Origin: a virus
Reading direction: 5' to 3' (one strand)
Virus record (IMG/VR): IMGVR_UViG_3300037797_000117
Location: 1-64,000 of that record
Length of the DNA stretch: 64,000 nucleotides
Shown piece by piece: positions 16,491 to 24,928 of this stretch. Within the stretch, counting starts at the first letter, position 1. Every line of letters starts with the position of its first letter. Below the pieces are notes generated by a model, which was not told the origin of the DNA, did no database searches, and saw nothing but the letters and a program-made list of their open reading frames with translations. The translations under genes were made by a program, and so were the position numbers.

Positions 16491-18002
16491 GTGCCGATTG
16501 CGACCGATGCCCCCCGCAGCCCCGGATGGTGGCTGAAGCGGCTGTTCAACATGTTGAACGACCGTGACCGGCGGCGCCGGCTGCAACTGCTGTACGACTA
16601 CCACCGCGGCAACGCACCACTTCCGGAAGGTGCCGACAACGCCCGGGAGGCGTTCGAGGCCTTTCAGCGGAAATCCCGGTCGAACTTTGCCGAGCTGGTC
16701 GTGTCGGCCATGTCCGAGCGGATGATGCCCGTCGGGTTCCGGACCGCGCTGGACGACGACGCCACCGGCGACGCCGAAGTGGGCCGGCTGTGGCGCCGTG
16801 CCGGGCTGGATGTGGTGTCCGCCGACGTCCACGACTGGATGTTCGCCCTGTCCGAGTCGTACGTCATCGTCGGCGCGGTCGACGAGGAAACCGGGGCGCC
16901 GCTGATCACGGCGGAGGATCCGCGGTGGATGGTCGGCGAGCCCGACCCGGCCAACCCGCGCCGGTTGTTGGCGGCGTTGAAGGTGATGCACGACGACGCT
17001 GACGATGAGGACCGGGCCTACCTGTTCCTGCCCGGGCAGGTGTTTGTGGCGGTGCGGCAGCAGACCCGGTACGACGCCACGATCAGCCGCGACCTGGAAC
17101 GGCGCGAGCGGGTGTACCCGTCGCCGGGGATGTGGTTCGACGGGAAAGGCTGGGACTGGTCGGAGGAACGGTCCGGGACGTTGCCACACGGCCGGATCCC
17201 GGTGGTGCGGTTCCTCAACAAATACTCCAAGGGCGAGTTTGAGATCCACACCGACACGTTGGACCGGATCAACAAGCAGATCCTGGACCGGATGGTCATC
17301 GCGACCATGCAGGCGTTCCGGCAGCGCGCGGTGCGCGGGCTGCCGCTGACCTACCCCGATGACCACCCGGCCGCCGGTCAGGTCATCGACTACAGCCAGG
17401 TGTTCACCGCCGACCCGGCCGCGATGTGGATGATTCCCGAGACGGCGCAGATGTGGGAATCGGGTCAGGTCGACCTGCGGCCCATCCTCGAAGCGGTCAA
17501 GTCCGACCTGGAGCATCTCGCGTCGGCGACCCGGACCCCGCTGCACATGCTGTCCGCGGCCGGGGTCAACCAGTCCGCCGAGGGGGCGTCCCTCGCACGT
17601 GAGGGTCTTGTGTTCAAGGTCGAGGACCGCATCGGCCGGTGTTCGTACCCGTGGGCGCAGGTCATGTCTCTCGCCCTCATCCATGCCGGGCAGCCCGAGC
17701 GGGCCGACATGGCCACGTTGGAGACGCTGTGGGCGCCGGCGAACCGGCTGTCCCTCGCCGAACGGGCCGACGCCGCGTCGAAGCTGGTCGACCTGCTCCC
17801 GAAGCGGACCCTGTTCATCAAGGTCCTCGGCATGTCCCCGGACGAAGCGGACCGGACCATGACCGAACTCACCGAGGAACAACTCCTCAACGCCCAGGTG
17901 CAGCAGGCACTCCTCGCGGTGGCACCCGACGTTGCGCAGGAACCGGCGGCCGGGCAGCCAGCGAGCCGGGACGGGGCGGAACAGCCGGAAAGCGTGAGCT
18001 GA
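16491..18002 (+). CDS. Portal protein (SPP1 gp6-like)
   Basis: SNFAELVV...GFR...IPVVRFLN...GEFE...AFRQRA...NQSAEGA...W, positioned after the terminase. Confidence 0.93.
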   Translation: MPIATDAPRSPGWWLKRLFNMLNDRDRRRRLQLLYDYHRGNAPLPEGADNAREAFEAFQRKSRSNFAELVVSAMSERMMPVGFRTALDDDATGDAEVGRLWRRAGLDVVSADVHDWMFALSESYVIVGAVDEETGAPLITAEDPRWMVGEPDPANPRRLLAALKVMHDDADDEDRAYLFLPGQVFVAVRQQTRYDATISRDLERRERVYPSPGMWFDGKGWDWSEERSGTLPHGRIPVVRFLNKYSKGEFEIHTDTLDRINKQILDRMVIATMQAFRQRAVRGLPLTYPDDHPAAGQVIDYSQVFTADPAAMWMIPETAQMWESGQVDLRPILEAVKSDLEHLASATRTPLHMLSAAGVNQSAEGASLAREGLVFKVEDRIGRCSYPWAQVMSLALIHAGQPERADMATLETLWAPANRLSLAERADAASKLVDLLPKRTLFIKVLGMSPDEADRTMTELTEEQLLNAQVQQALLAVAPDVAQEPAAGQPASRDGAEQPESVS

Positions 18003-18003
18003 C

Positions 18004-19413
18004 ATGACGGCACCCGTCCAGCCGACGTCGGGCACGATGACGGCGGCGAAGCTGGCCGCCCTGGTCGCGTTGGTACAGGCCCAGGCCGCGTTGCGGCAGC
18101 GGCTGACCCGCACCGCGGTGGCGGCCGCGCTCGCCCCGTTCCAGGCGTTCGACGGGTGGTGGTCACCGGCCCGGGTCGACCGGGCCGTGGCTGAGGTGTT
18201 GCGGGTGGTCCAGCCGACGCAGCGGCAGATGGCCCGCGTCACCGACGCCTACCTGGCGCAGGCCGTGTCCACGATGACAGGGCGGCGGGCGTCGCCGGCC
18301 GGCGTGGTCGACGTAACCCGGCTGCGGCGGCAGATGACCCAGCAGGTTGCGCAGGACCTGGTCGACGGCACCCGGGAGCCGGCGTTCGTCGTGCTCGGCG
18401 AGTTCGACCCGAACGACGGCCGGGTGGAGCTCACCGACCGGATCAACGAGCCGATCGTGCTCGCGATCCCGGACCCGGTAGTACAGCCGTCGACCGCGGC
18501 GGTACGGCGGTCGACCAGGTCGCAGGCCGAGGAGCTCCGGGCGCGGGCTCGGGACCTGGCCCGCCAGTTGGAGGCGCTGCGGAACAACCGGGCCTCGCCG
18601 CCGCCGATCACCCCGACCCGTACCCCGACAGCGGGCCGCCCCGCCACCAGCGTATCCACCCGGACCCCGACAACCCCGGTGACAGAGACAGCGGCGGCGG
18701 ACTCGGTGGACCCGGCCGAACCGTACCGGCGGATCGCCGAGCAGTACCGGTACCAGGTCGTCGCGCAGGGCGCCACCGAAGAGGGAGCGCGGCAGCGGGC
18801 ACTGGTGCGGGTTGAAGCGGTCGCCGAAACCGACGTCACCTTGGCGGTGCGGGAACAGGTCCGCCGTACCATCGGCCGGATCCCCGGCATCGAAGGCTAC
18901 CGGCGGGTTGTGCGGCCGGAGCTGTCCGAGACCGGTCCGTGCGGCCTGTGTGTCGTGGCCGCTGACCGGCTGTACCACGTCGAGTTCCTCAACCCCATCC
19001 ATGATCGCTGCGTATGCGAAGTTTTGCCCGTTATAGGCGATATGGACCCGGGGTTGTTCCTCAACCAGTCCGACCTGGACCGCATCTACCGCGCCGCCGG
19101 CGGCACCGGCGGCGACGTCATCCGCGACGGCCGCCGCCACAGCGGCGCCCTGAAACGGATCCGGGTCGCCCTCGCCGAACACGGCGAGCTGGGCCCGGTC
19201 CTCGTCGACGCCGACCAGCGGTACCGCGGGCCGCGTCAGGTCGCCGCGACCCAGGTCGCGGACCGGCGCACCCGCGCCCGCGCGCAGCTCGCGTCGCTGG
19301 AGGAAACGTTCGAGCGGCTCCAACGCCGCGACGCGGCAGGGGAAGACGTGTCCCGGCCGATGCGGTGGCAGTCCGCGACGATCGACCGGCTTGAGCGGGA
19401 ACTGGCCAACTGA
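18004..19413 (+). CDS. Head morphogenesis / MuF-like (capsid maturation) protein
   Basis: GYRRVVRPELSETGPCGLCVVAADRLY...PIHDRCVCEVLPV, follows the portal. Confidence 0.8.
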   Translation: MTAPVQPTSGTMTAAKLAALVALVQAQAALRQRLTRTAVAAALAPFQAFDGWWSPARVDRAVAEVLRVVQPTQRQMARVTDAYLAQAVSTMTGRRASPAGVVDVTRLRRQMTQQVAQDLVDGTREPAFVVLGEFDPNDGRVELTDRINEPIVLAIPDPVVQPSTAAVRRSTRSQAEELRARARDLARQLEALRNNRASPPPITPTRTPTAGRPATSVSTRTPTTPVTETAAADSVDPAEPYRRIAEQYRYQVVAQGATEEGARQRALVRVEAVAETDVTLAVREQVRRTIGRIPGIEGYRRVVRPELSETGPCGLCVVAADRLYHVEFLNPIHDRCVCEVLPVIGDMDPGLFLNQSDLDRIYRAAGGTGGDVIRDGRRHSGALKRIRVALAEHGELGPVLVDADQRYRGPRQVAATQVADRRTRARAQLASLEETFERLQRRDAAGEDVSRPMRWQSATIDRLERELAN

Positions 19414-19625
19414 CTGGCCACCCATTGGACAGCCGGACATCCGTGTGTCCGGTGGACGCCCCGACACCCCGTGTGTCGGGGCGTCGTCATTTCCCCCCGT
19501 GAGGCGGTGGATCCGTGTCCCGCCCATTCCGTTTCGCTGTCCTGTCCGGCCTCGCGCTGGTCGCTGACGGCGTCGTCGACCTGCTCACCTCGGGCAGGCG
19601 ACTGAGCAGGAACCAGGAGAAGTTG

Positions 19626-19883
19626 ATGGCTGATTTCGCGAACCTCCGTGCCGCGCTGGAGGAGCAGAACACCGAGCTGGTCGCCGCGATCGACCGGGTC
19701 GCCTCCGACGTGCAGGCGCTCCAGGACAAGATTGCCGAGCTGGAGCTCGACACCGCCGACCAGCAGGAAATCGACACCCTCGCCACGCAGGTACGCACGT
19801 CGGTGGAGACGCTGCGCGGTATCGACCCGGTACAGGCCGTCGAGGAAAACCCGGAGCCCGGCACCGAGCCGGCACCCCAGTAG
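19626..19883 (+). CDS. Coiled-coil hypothetical protein (alternative start 19515)
   Basis: AGGAG RBS and helical pattern. Confidence 0.65.
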   Translation: MADFANLRAALEEQNTELVAAIDRVASDVQALQDKIAELELDTADQQEIDTLATQVRTSVETLRGIDPVQAVEENPEPGTEPAPQ

Positions 19884-19931
19884 CACCACAGTCCACGGCC
19901 AGCCCTTCCCCTACTCCTTGGAGGGCTGGCC

Positions 19932-20108
19932 GTGCTTCACCTCATCCCCGACGACGGGCGTCCCCACGCGCCGACCGCGGAGTGCGGGTGTGACCCGCAG
20001 CTGGCATGGCGCGACGGCCGCGAGGTCCTCGTCCACGCCGACGTCGATGACCGCCACGAATCCGAGCCCGACACGGGCAACACCGACCCGCCATGGGAGA
20101 CCCTGTGA
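19932..20108 (+). CDS. Small Cys/His protein (58 aa, absent from the ORF track)
   Basis: GGAGG RBS, GTG start, VLHLIPDDGRPH...ECGCDP...VH. Its stop overlaps the scaffold start. Confidence 0.6.
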   Translation: MLHLIPDDGRPHAPTAECGCDPQLAWRDGREVLVHADVDDRHESEPDTGNTDPPWETL

Positions 20109-20932
20109 CTCAGCCTGCCCCGACCCAGCCTGCCGCGCCGCCGACCCCTCCGCCGGCCCCGCCCGCGCCCGCACCGGGTCAGCCGGCCCCGCCCGCGCCG
20201 CCGACCCCGCCCGCGCAGCCGCCGGCCCAGCCGACGCCGCCGGTACCCGGGTCGCCCCAGTTTGTGGCGCCGCCGCCGCAGCCCCCACCCGCGACGCCGG
20301 CGGCCGACGCCGGCCAGGGCGACACCGGCGACGGTGACGGGTTCCCGGCGAACACGCCGATCTCGGAGATGACGGCCAAGCAGCAGGTCGCCTACTGGCG
20401 AACCCAGTCCCGTCGGCATGAAGACCGCGTCAAGGCGATGTCCGACTACGACAAGTACAAGGACTCCTACGACGAATACCAACGTCTGCTCACTGCATCG
20501 CAGACCGAGCAGGAAAAGGCCGTTGCTGAAGCGCACCGCCAGGGCCGCGCGACAGCACTTGCCGAGGCCGGTGGCCAGTTGGTCGAGCAGTGGGTGCGTG
20601 CCGCCGCTGCCGGCCGTCTCGCCGACGAGAGCGTGAACGCTCTGTTGGCGGGCCTGGACCGGACTCGGTTCCTGCACGCGAACGGCGGGGTGGACACCGA
20701 CAAGGTGTACCAGTTCGTCGGTTCCATCGCCCCCGCGCCGGCGCCGCCGGCCGACGGGGCATCTGCACAGCCTCCGCCGCCTGCTGCTGCACCGGTCGTG
20801 ACCCCGGCACGGGGTCCGGACTTCGGGCAGGGACAGCCGAGTAGCGCGCGCCCGTCCGGTTTGGAAGCCGGTCGGGAGATCGCACGGCAGCGGTTCGGTA
20901 AGCAGCCAGCCAATTCGGCCCCCGCGAGGTAG
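20105..20932 (+). CDS. Capsid scaffolding protein
   Basis: Pro-rich N-terminus, EMT..QQ.AYWR..SRRHE, TEQEKAV, located before the capsid genes. Confidence 0.85.
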   Translation: MTQPAPTQPAAPPTPPPAPPAPAPGQPAPPAPPTPPAQPPAQPTPPVPGSPQFVAPPPQPPPATPAADAGQGDTGDGDGFPANTPISEMTAKQQVAYWRTQSRRHEDRVKAMSDYDKYKDSYDEYQRLLTASQTEQEKAVAEAHRQGRATALAEAGGQLVEQWVRAAAAGRLADESVNALLAGLDRTRFLHANGGVDTDKVYQFVGSIAPAPAPPADGASAQPPPPAAAPVVTPARGPDFGQGQPSSARPSGLEAGREIARQRFGKQPANSAPAR

Positions 20933-20962
20933 CGGGGGCTTTCCTTTTAACGAAACGGGGGG

Positions 20963-21379
20963 ATGTCCACAGTGGACATCAGTCTGCAACCTACGGAAAC
21001 GTGGGTCGCGGAAAACCGGTCCTGGCTCGGAAGCCGTGACGGCACCGAGGTTACCCAGTCGATCACACTCGCGACCAGCACGTTCACTGAGGGAACCCAC
21101 TACCCGGACGGCTACGTCAAGTCCGGCACGCTGCTCGGCGAGATCACCGCCGTCGGTGCCACGCAGGGGATGTACGGCCCCTACGACAACGCCGCTTCCG
21201 ACGGTCGGGAGACCGCGGTCGGGTTCCTGTTCTCCTCCGTCAAGATGCGCGCGTCCGGCCCGAATGTGGGCGCTGCCATCCATTGGCGGGGTGTCATCCG
21301 CGCGGCGAAGCTGCCGACCAACCACGGCCTGGACGCCAACGCTCGTACCGAGCTTGCCGCCAAATTCTGGATTCGGTGA
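20963..21379 (+). CDS. Head decoration protein
   Basis: WLGS.DGT...ITL...HYPDGYVKSG...YGPYD..A.DGRE..VGFL. Confidence 0.85.
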   Translation: MSTVDISLQPTETWVAENRSWLGSRDGTEVTQSITLATSTFTEGTHYPDGYVKSGTLLGEITAVGATQGMYGPYDNAASDGRETAVGFLFSSVKMRASGPNVGAAIHWRGVIRAAKLPTNHGLDANARTELAAKFWIR

Positions 21380-21391
21380 GGGGCCTAACTG

Positions 21392-22435
21392 ATGCCGATC
21401 ATCGATGACTACATCCAGCCTGAGATCCTTACCGGGTTCGTGCGTGAGGTTCCCCTTCCCGCGAACCTGGTCCTGAACCAGTACCTTCCCGATCGCAACA
21501 TCGGCAATGTCGAGGCTGCGATCGACCAGGTGACGAAGACCAACCGGTCCGCGCAGTTCCGGGCCTGGGATTCGGAAACCCCGATCGGCGAGCGTGATTC
21601 GTTCCAGCGCTCGAAGATCAAGCTCCCGCCGATCGGCCAGAAGTTGCCGGTTTCGGAGCAAGAGACCCTCATGCTTGAAAGGGTCCGTACGGGCGGTGAC
21701 AACCGGAATGGCTACATTGAAGCCATTTACCGGGATGCCGCCATTCTGTCCGGAAATGTTCATCGCCGGATGGAGGTCGCCCGCGGCGACGTCCTGACCG
21801 ACGGCATCTTCACCCTCACCGGTGAGAACGGCCTGACCCTGTCCGCCGACTTCGGCGTGCCGGGCGGCAACAAGGTCACCGCGGCGGTGCCGTGGTCCGA
21901 CCACGCCGACGCGAGCCCGTTGCAGAACTTCAAGACGTGGATCGACTACTACGTCGACCTCAACGGTGAGCGCCCGGGCCGGATCCTGACGTCGAACACG
22001 GTGATCAACAACCTGTTGCTGTCCGGCGAGATCCGGGAGCTGTTCTACCGCGGCGACATGGTGTCGGGCGGGCCGAACCTGCTGACGGCGACGCAGTTGA
22101 ACCAGGTGTTGCAGGCCTACGGCGTGCCGGAGATGGTCGAGTACAACACGAAGATCAACTTCGATGGGGCGAACGTCCGGGTCATCCCCGAGGACCGGGT
22201 CATCATGCTCCCCGCCAACCCGTCCGACCTCGGCTACACCGCCTGGGGCATCACCGCCGAGTCGCTCACGCTCGCGACCGGCCAGAACCCGGGCCTGCTG
22301 TTCGAGGAACTGCCAGGTTTGGTCGGCGTCGTGCTCAAGGAAGGCGACCCGGTGCTGACCTGGACCAAGGTCGGCGCGGTCGGCATGCCGCTCATCGAGC
22401 AGCCCAACCTGCTCATGGTCGCGGACGTGCTCTGA
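21392..22435 (+). CDS. Major capsid protein (lambda gpE-like family)
   Basis: AQFRAWDSETPIG, LPPIGQK, RMEVARG, ADFGVP, 347 aa. Confidence 0.9.
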   Translation: MPIIDDYIQPEILTGFVREVPLPANLVLNQYLPDRNIGNVEAAIDQVTKTNRSAQFRAWDSETPIGERDSFQRSKIKLPPIGQKLPVSEQETLMLERVRTGGDNRNGYIEAIYRDAAILSGNVHRRMEVARGDVLTDGIFTLTGENGLTLSADFGVPGGNKVTAAVPWSDHADASPLQNFKTWIDYYVDLNGERPGRILTSNTVINNLLLSGEIRELFYRGDMVSGGPNLLTATQLNQVLQAYGVPEMVEYNTKINFDGANVRVIPEDRVIMLPANPSDLGYTAWGITAESLTLATGQNPGLLFEELPGLVGVVLKEGDPVLTWTKVGAVGMPLIEQPNLLMVADVL

Positions 22436-22896
22436 TGGGCGGCGGCAAGAAGCTGGCCCGCAACGTCACCGTCGGGACCGTCACGTACGGCCCCAAGGAC
22501 GACGTTCCGCCCGAGGTCATGGAAAAGATCACCAATCCGAAGGCGTGGGTCCCGGACAACGACGAGACGCCGACCGACGAGGCCGAGAACCGCGACGCTG
22601 GCACCTCCAGCGGAGCCAAGCTCGCCGGCACCGTCACCGTCGGCGCCCGCTCGTACGGTCCGAACGACCACATCCCGGACGACGTCGCCGCGCAGATCAA
22701 GAACCCCAAGGCGTGGGCGGGTGGCAAGGCTCCCACCCGCGCGGCCAAGGCGGCCGAGCCGCGCGGCGGTGACACCCCGACCAAGTCGACCGGCACCGCC
22801 GCGGCGGCAACTCCGCAGGAGGACGCCGCCGCAGTCGGCGAGGACGCCAAGACGGCGACGCCTCGCAAGTCGGCCGGGCCGACGAAGCGTCCCTGA
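22435..22896 (+). CDS. Hypothetical protein with a duplicated ~34-aa module
   Basis: KLA..VTVG...YGP.D..P..V...I.NPKAW occurs twice. Confidence 0.75.
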   Translation: MGGGKKLARNVTVGTVTYGPKDDVPPEVMEKITNPKAWVPDNDETPTDEAENRDAGTSSGAKLAGTVTVGARSYGPNDHIPDDVAAQIKNPKAWAGGKAPTRAAKAAEPRGGDTPTKSTGTAAAATPQEDAAAVGEDAKTATPRKSAGPTKRP

Positions 22897-23000
22897 AATC
22901 CGCTCGCCCCGGAGGCGGGGCCAGCCGGCCACGGGGGATGGCTGGCCCCGCACCCCTTCTTCCCTGAACCCACATTTGCCACAAAGGTAGGTAATAGCCG

Positions 23001-23285
23001 ATGGCTGTTTCTCCGCAGCACGCAACCCTGGTCGGCTCGACCGTCGCGACCATGACGTTCGACGAAGACTTCGCCGAGATGGAAATCATGAACGTCACCG
23101 GCACGTCGGCGGTGTACGTCCGGTTCGACGGGGTCGCCCCGGTCGTAGCCGCCGCCGGCACCCACGTCGTCCCGGCCATCGCCGGCGCGACCATCATCCG
23201 CAAGCCCAAGACGTCCGGCGCCAGCGTGGTCAAGTTCATCTCCGCCGGCACCCCGGTCGTGTCGGCCCGCGGGATCGTCGACTGA
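23001..23285 (+). CDS. Small beta-rich putative virion protein, paralog of 7027-7365
   Basis: Shared motifs with 7027-7365. Confidence 0.75.
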   Translation: MAVSPQHATLVGSTVATMTFDEDFAEMEIMNVTGTSAVYVRFDGVAPVVAAAGTHVVPAIAGATIIRKPKTSGASVVKFISAGTPVVSARGIVD

Positions 23286-24040
23286 CCCGCAAACTCGGGT
23301 GGCGCCCCGGCGGTGTCCGCGACCCCCGCACGCTGCGTCTGGCGTCGTACACCACCCTCGACCTGCCGGTACCGCCATCCACAGTGGACTGGGCCGGCGA
23401 GGTCGACGCCTGGCCCATGTACCGCAACGACGAGATCAACAACTGTGTCCTGGTCACCTGCGCCCACCTGGTGCAGGGCTGGACCCAGTACGCCGCCGGC
23501 ACCCCGCACGTCATCGACGAGTCCGACGTCATCGGCGCCTACTCGGCCGTCGCCGGCTACGACCCGGCGCGCGGGGAGCCGGACGTCGGCTGCTTCTCCC
23601 TCGACGCCCTCAACCACTGGCGGAAGAACGGCATCGGCCGGCGGCAGGTCATCGCGTACGTGCGGCTCGACCACCGCGACGACACCGAGGTGAAGACGGC
23701 CACCCACCTGTTCGGTGGGCTGTTCATCGCCGCACAGATGCCGCTGGACGCTGACCGGCAGTTCCAGGACGGCAAGACGTGGATTCCGACCCGGGGTGCC
23801 GCCGGGCGGCGCGGGTCGTGGGGTGGGCACGCCATGCACCTGGGTGGCTACGACCGTCGCGGCCTGACCGTCACCACGTGGGGCCGCGCCCAGCGAATGA
23901 CGTGGAACTGGTGGGACTCCTACGTCGTCGAGGCGTGGGCGCTGGTGTCCACCGACTGGATCAACGCCAACAGCGGTAAGACCCCGCTCGGGTTCGACAT
24001 GAACGCCATGCTGGCCGACCTTCACCGCGTGACCGCCTGA
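23282..24040 (+). CDS. Papain-like cysteine peptidase, probable CTG start
   Basis: KLG...RDPRTLRLA.Y...VDW...NDEINNCV (Cys), then GGHAMHLGGYD...VTTWG (His). Confidence 0.7.
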   Translation: MTRKLGWRPGGVRDPRTLRLASYTTLDLPVPPSTVDWAGEVDAWPMYRNDEINNCVLVTCAHLVQGWTQYAAGTPHVIDESDVIGAYSAVAGYDPARGEPDVGCFSLDALNHWRKNGIGRRQVIAYVRLDHRDDTEVKTATHLFGGLFIAAQMPLDADRQFQDGKTWIPTRGAAGRRGSWGGHAMHLGGYDRRGLTVTTWGRAQRMTWNWWDSYVVEAWALVSTDWINANSGKTPLGFDMNAMLADLHRVTA

Positions 24041-24072
24041 CCGAATCCGAACACATCCACGGGGGAACCTGC

Positions 24073-24483
24073 ATGGCTGGCAAGAGAAACACACCCATCG
24101 AGGTGGAAGACGAGACCGGCCAGGCCGGTGAACCCGTCGTCGTCTACCTCGGAAACCGTGACGCCGTCGAGCGTCCCGAAGACCCCGACGACGTTGACGC
24201 GGCCGCCGCTGAAGGGCGCGCGGTGAACCGGCTGCGGATCCCGCACGCCGGCAAGCTCTGCACCAAAGTGGTCGTTCCTGCCGGGGTGCCGCTGATGCAG
24301 TCCGCGTACGACCTGACCCACGTCCGCGGCGTGTGGCAGGCCCACTCCGAAGCCGACGCGCCGGCCTGGGTGGCGTCGACCGACCAGGCCCTTGCCCAGC
24401 TTCTCGCCTCCCACTGGGGTTGCGAGCTGCGCGAGGTCGAGCAGGACCACGCCGCATCCGGCGACGACGCAGAGGAGGACTGA
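24073..24483 (+). CDS. Hypothetical protein
   Basis: ORF in the structural operon with an RBS. Confidence 0.65.
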   Translation: MAGKRNTPIEVEDETGQAGEPVVVYLGNRDAVERPEDPDDVDAAAAEGRAVNRLRIPHAGKLCTKVVVPAGVPLMQSAYDLTHVRGVWQAHSEADAPAWVASTDQALAQLLASHWGCELREVEQDHAASGDDAEED

Positions 24484-24486
24484 CCG

Positions 24487-24882
24487 ATGCTGCACAACGC
24501 AGGCCGTGACTTTGTCGCGTCCGCGCTCGGCGATTCCTCCGGATCCCGGGCCGCCGCCGCCACCTACCTGGCGTTGACGGCGAACGTCACCGCCCCCGGT
24601 GCGGGCGATACCACCCTGACCGCTGAGATCGCCACCGGTGGTGGCGGCCTGATCCGGGCTGTCGCGACGTACGCCCACACCGGTGGCACCGCGACGTACA
24701 CGCTGACGAAAACTTTCACCGCAAACGGATCGGACTCGCTTCCGGTCACGATCGGAAAAGTGGGCGTTTTCAACGCTTCCAGCTCCGGGACGATGGCATG
24801 GTCGTCGCTTTTGTCCCCAACTGCCACGATAAGTGCCAGTGGTGATGCCCTGACGATCACCGAGACCATAACCGTGTCATAA
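24487..24882 (+). CDS. Small structural (fibre-associated) protein
   Basis: GRDFVA...YLAL...P.AGDTTL..EI...GL.RA...YTLTKTFTA, GGAGG RBS. Confidence 0.7.
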   Translation: MLHNAGRDFVASALGDSSGSRAAAATYLALTANVTAPGAGDTTLTAEIATGGGGLIRAVATYAHTGGTATYTLTKTFTANGSDSLPVTIGKVGVFNASSSGTMAWSSLLSPTATISASGDALTITETITVS

Positions 24883-24928
24883 GCGTTTAATTCGGACGTG
24901 ACGGCCGGAGGGCTTCGGTGGGGGTGGC

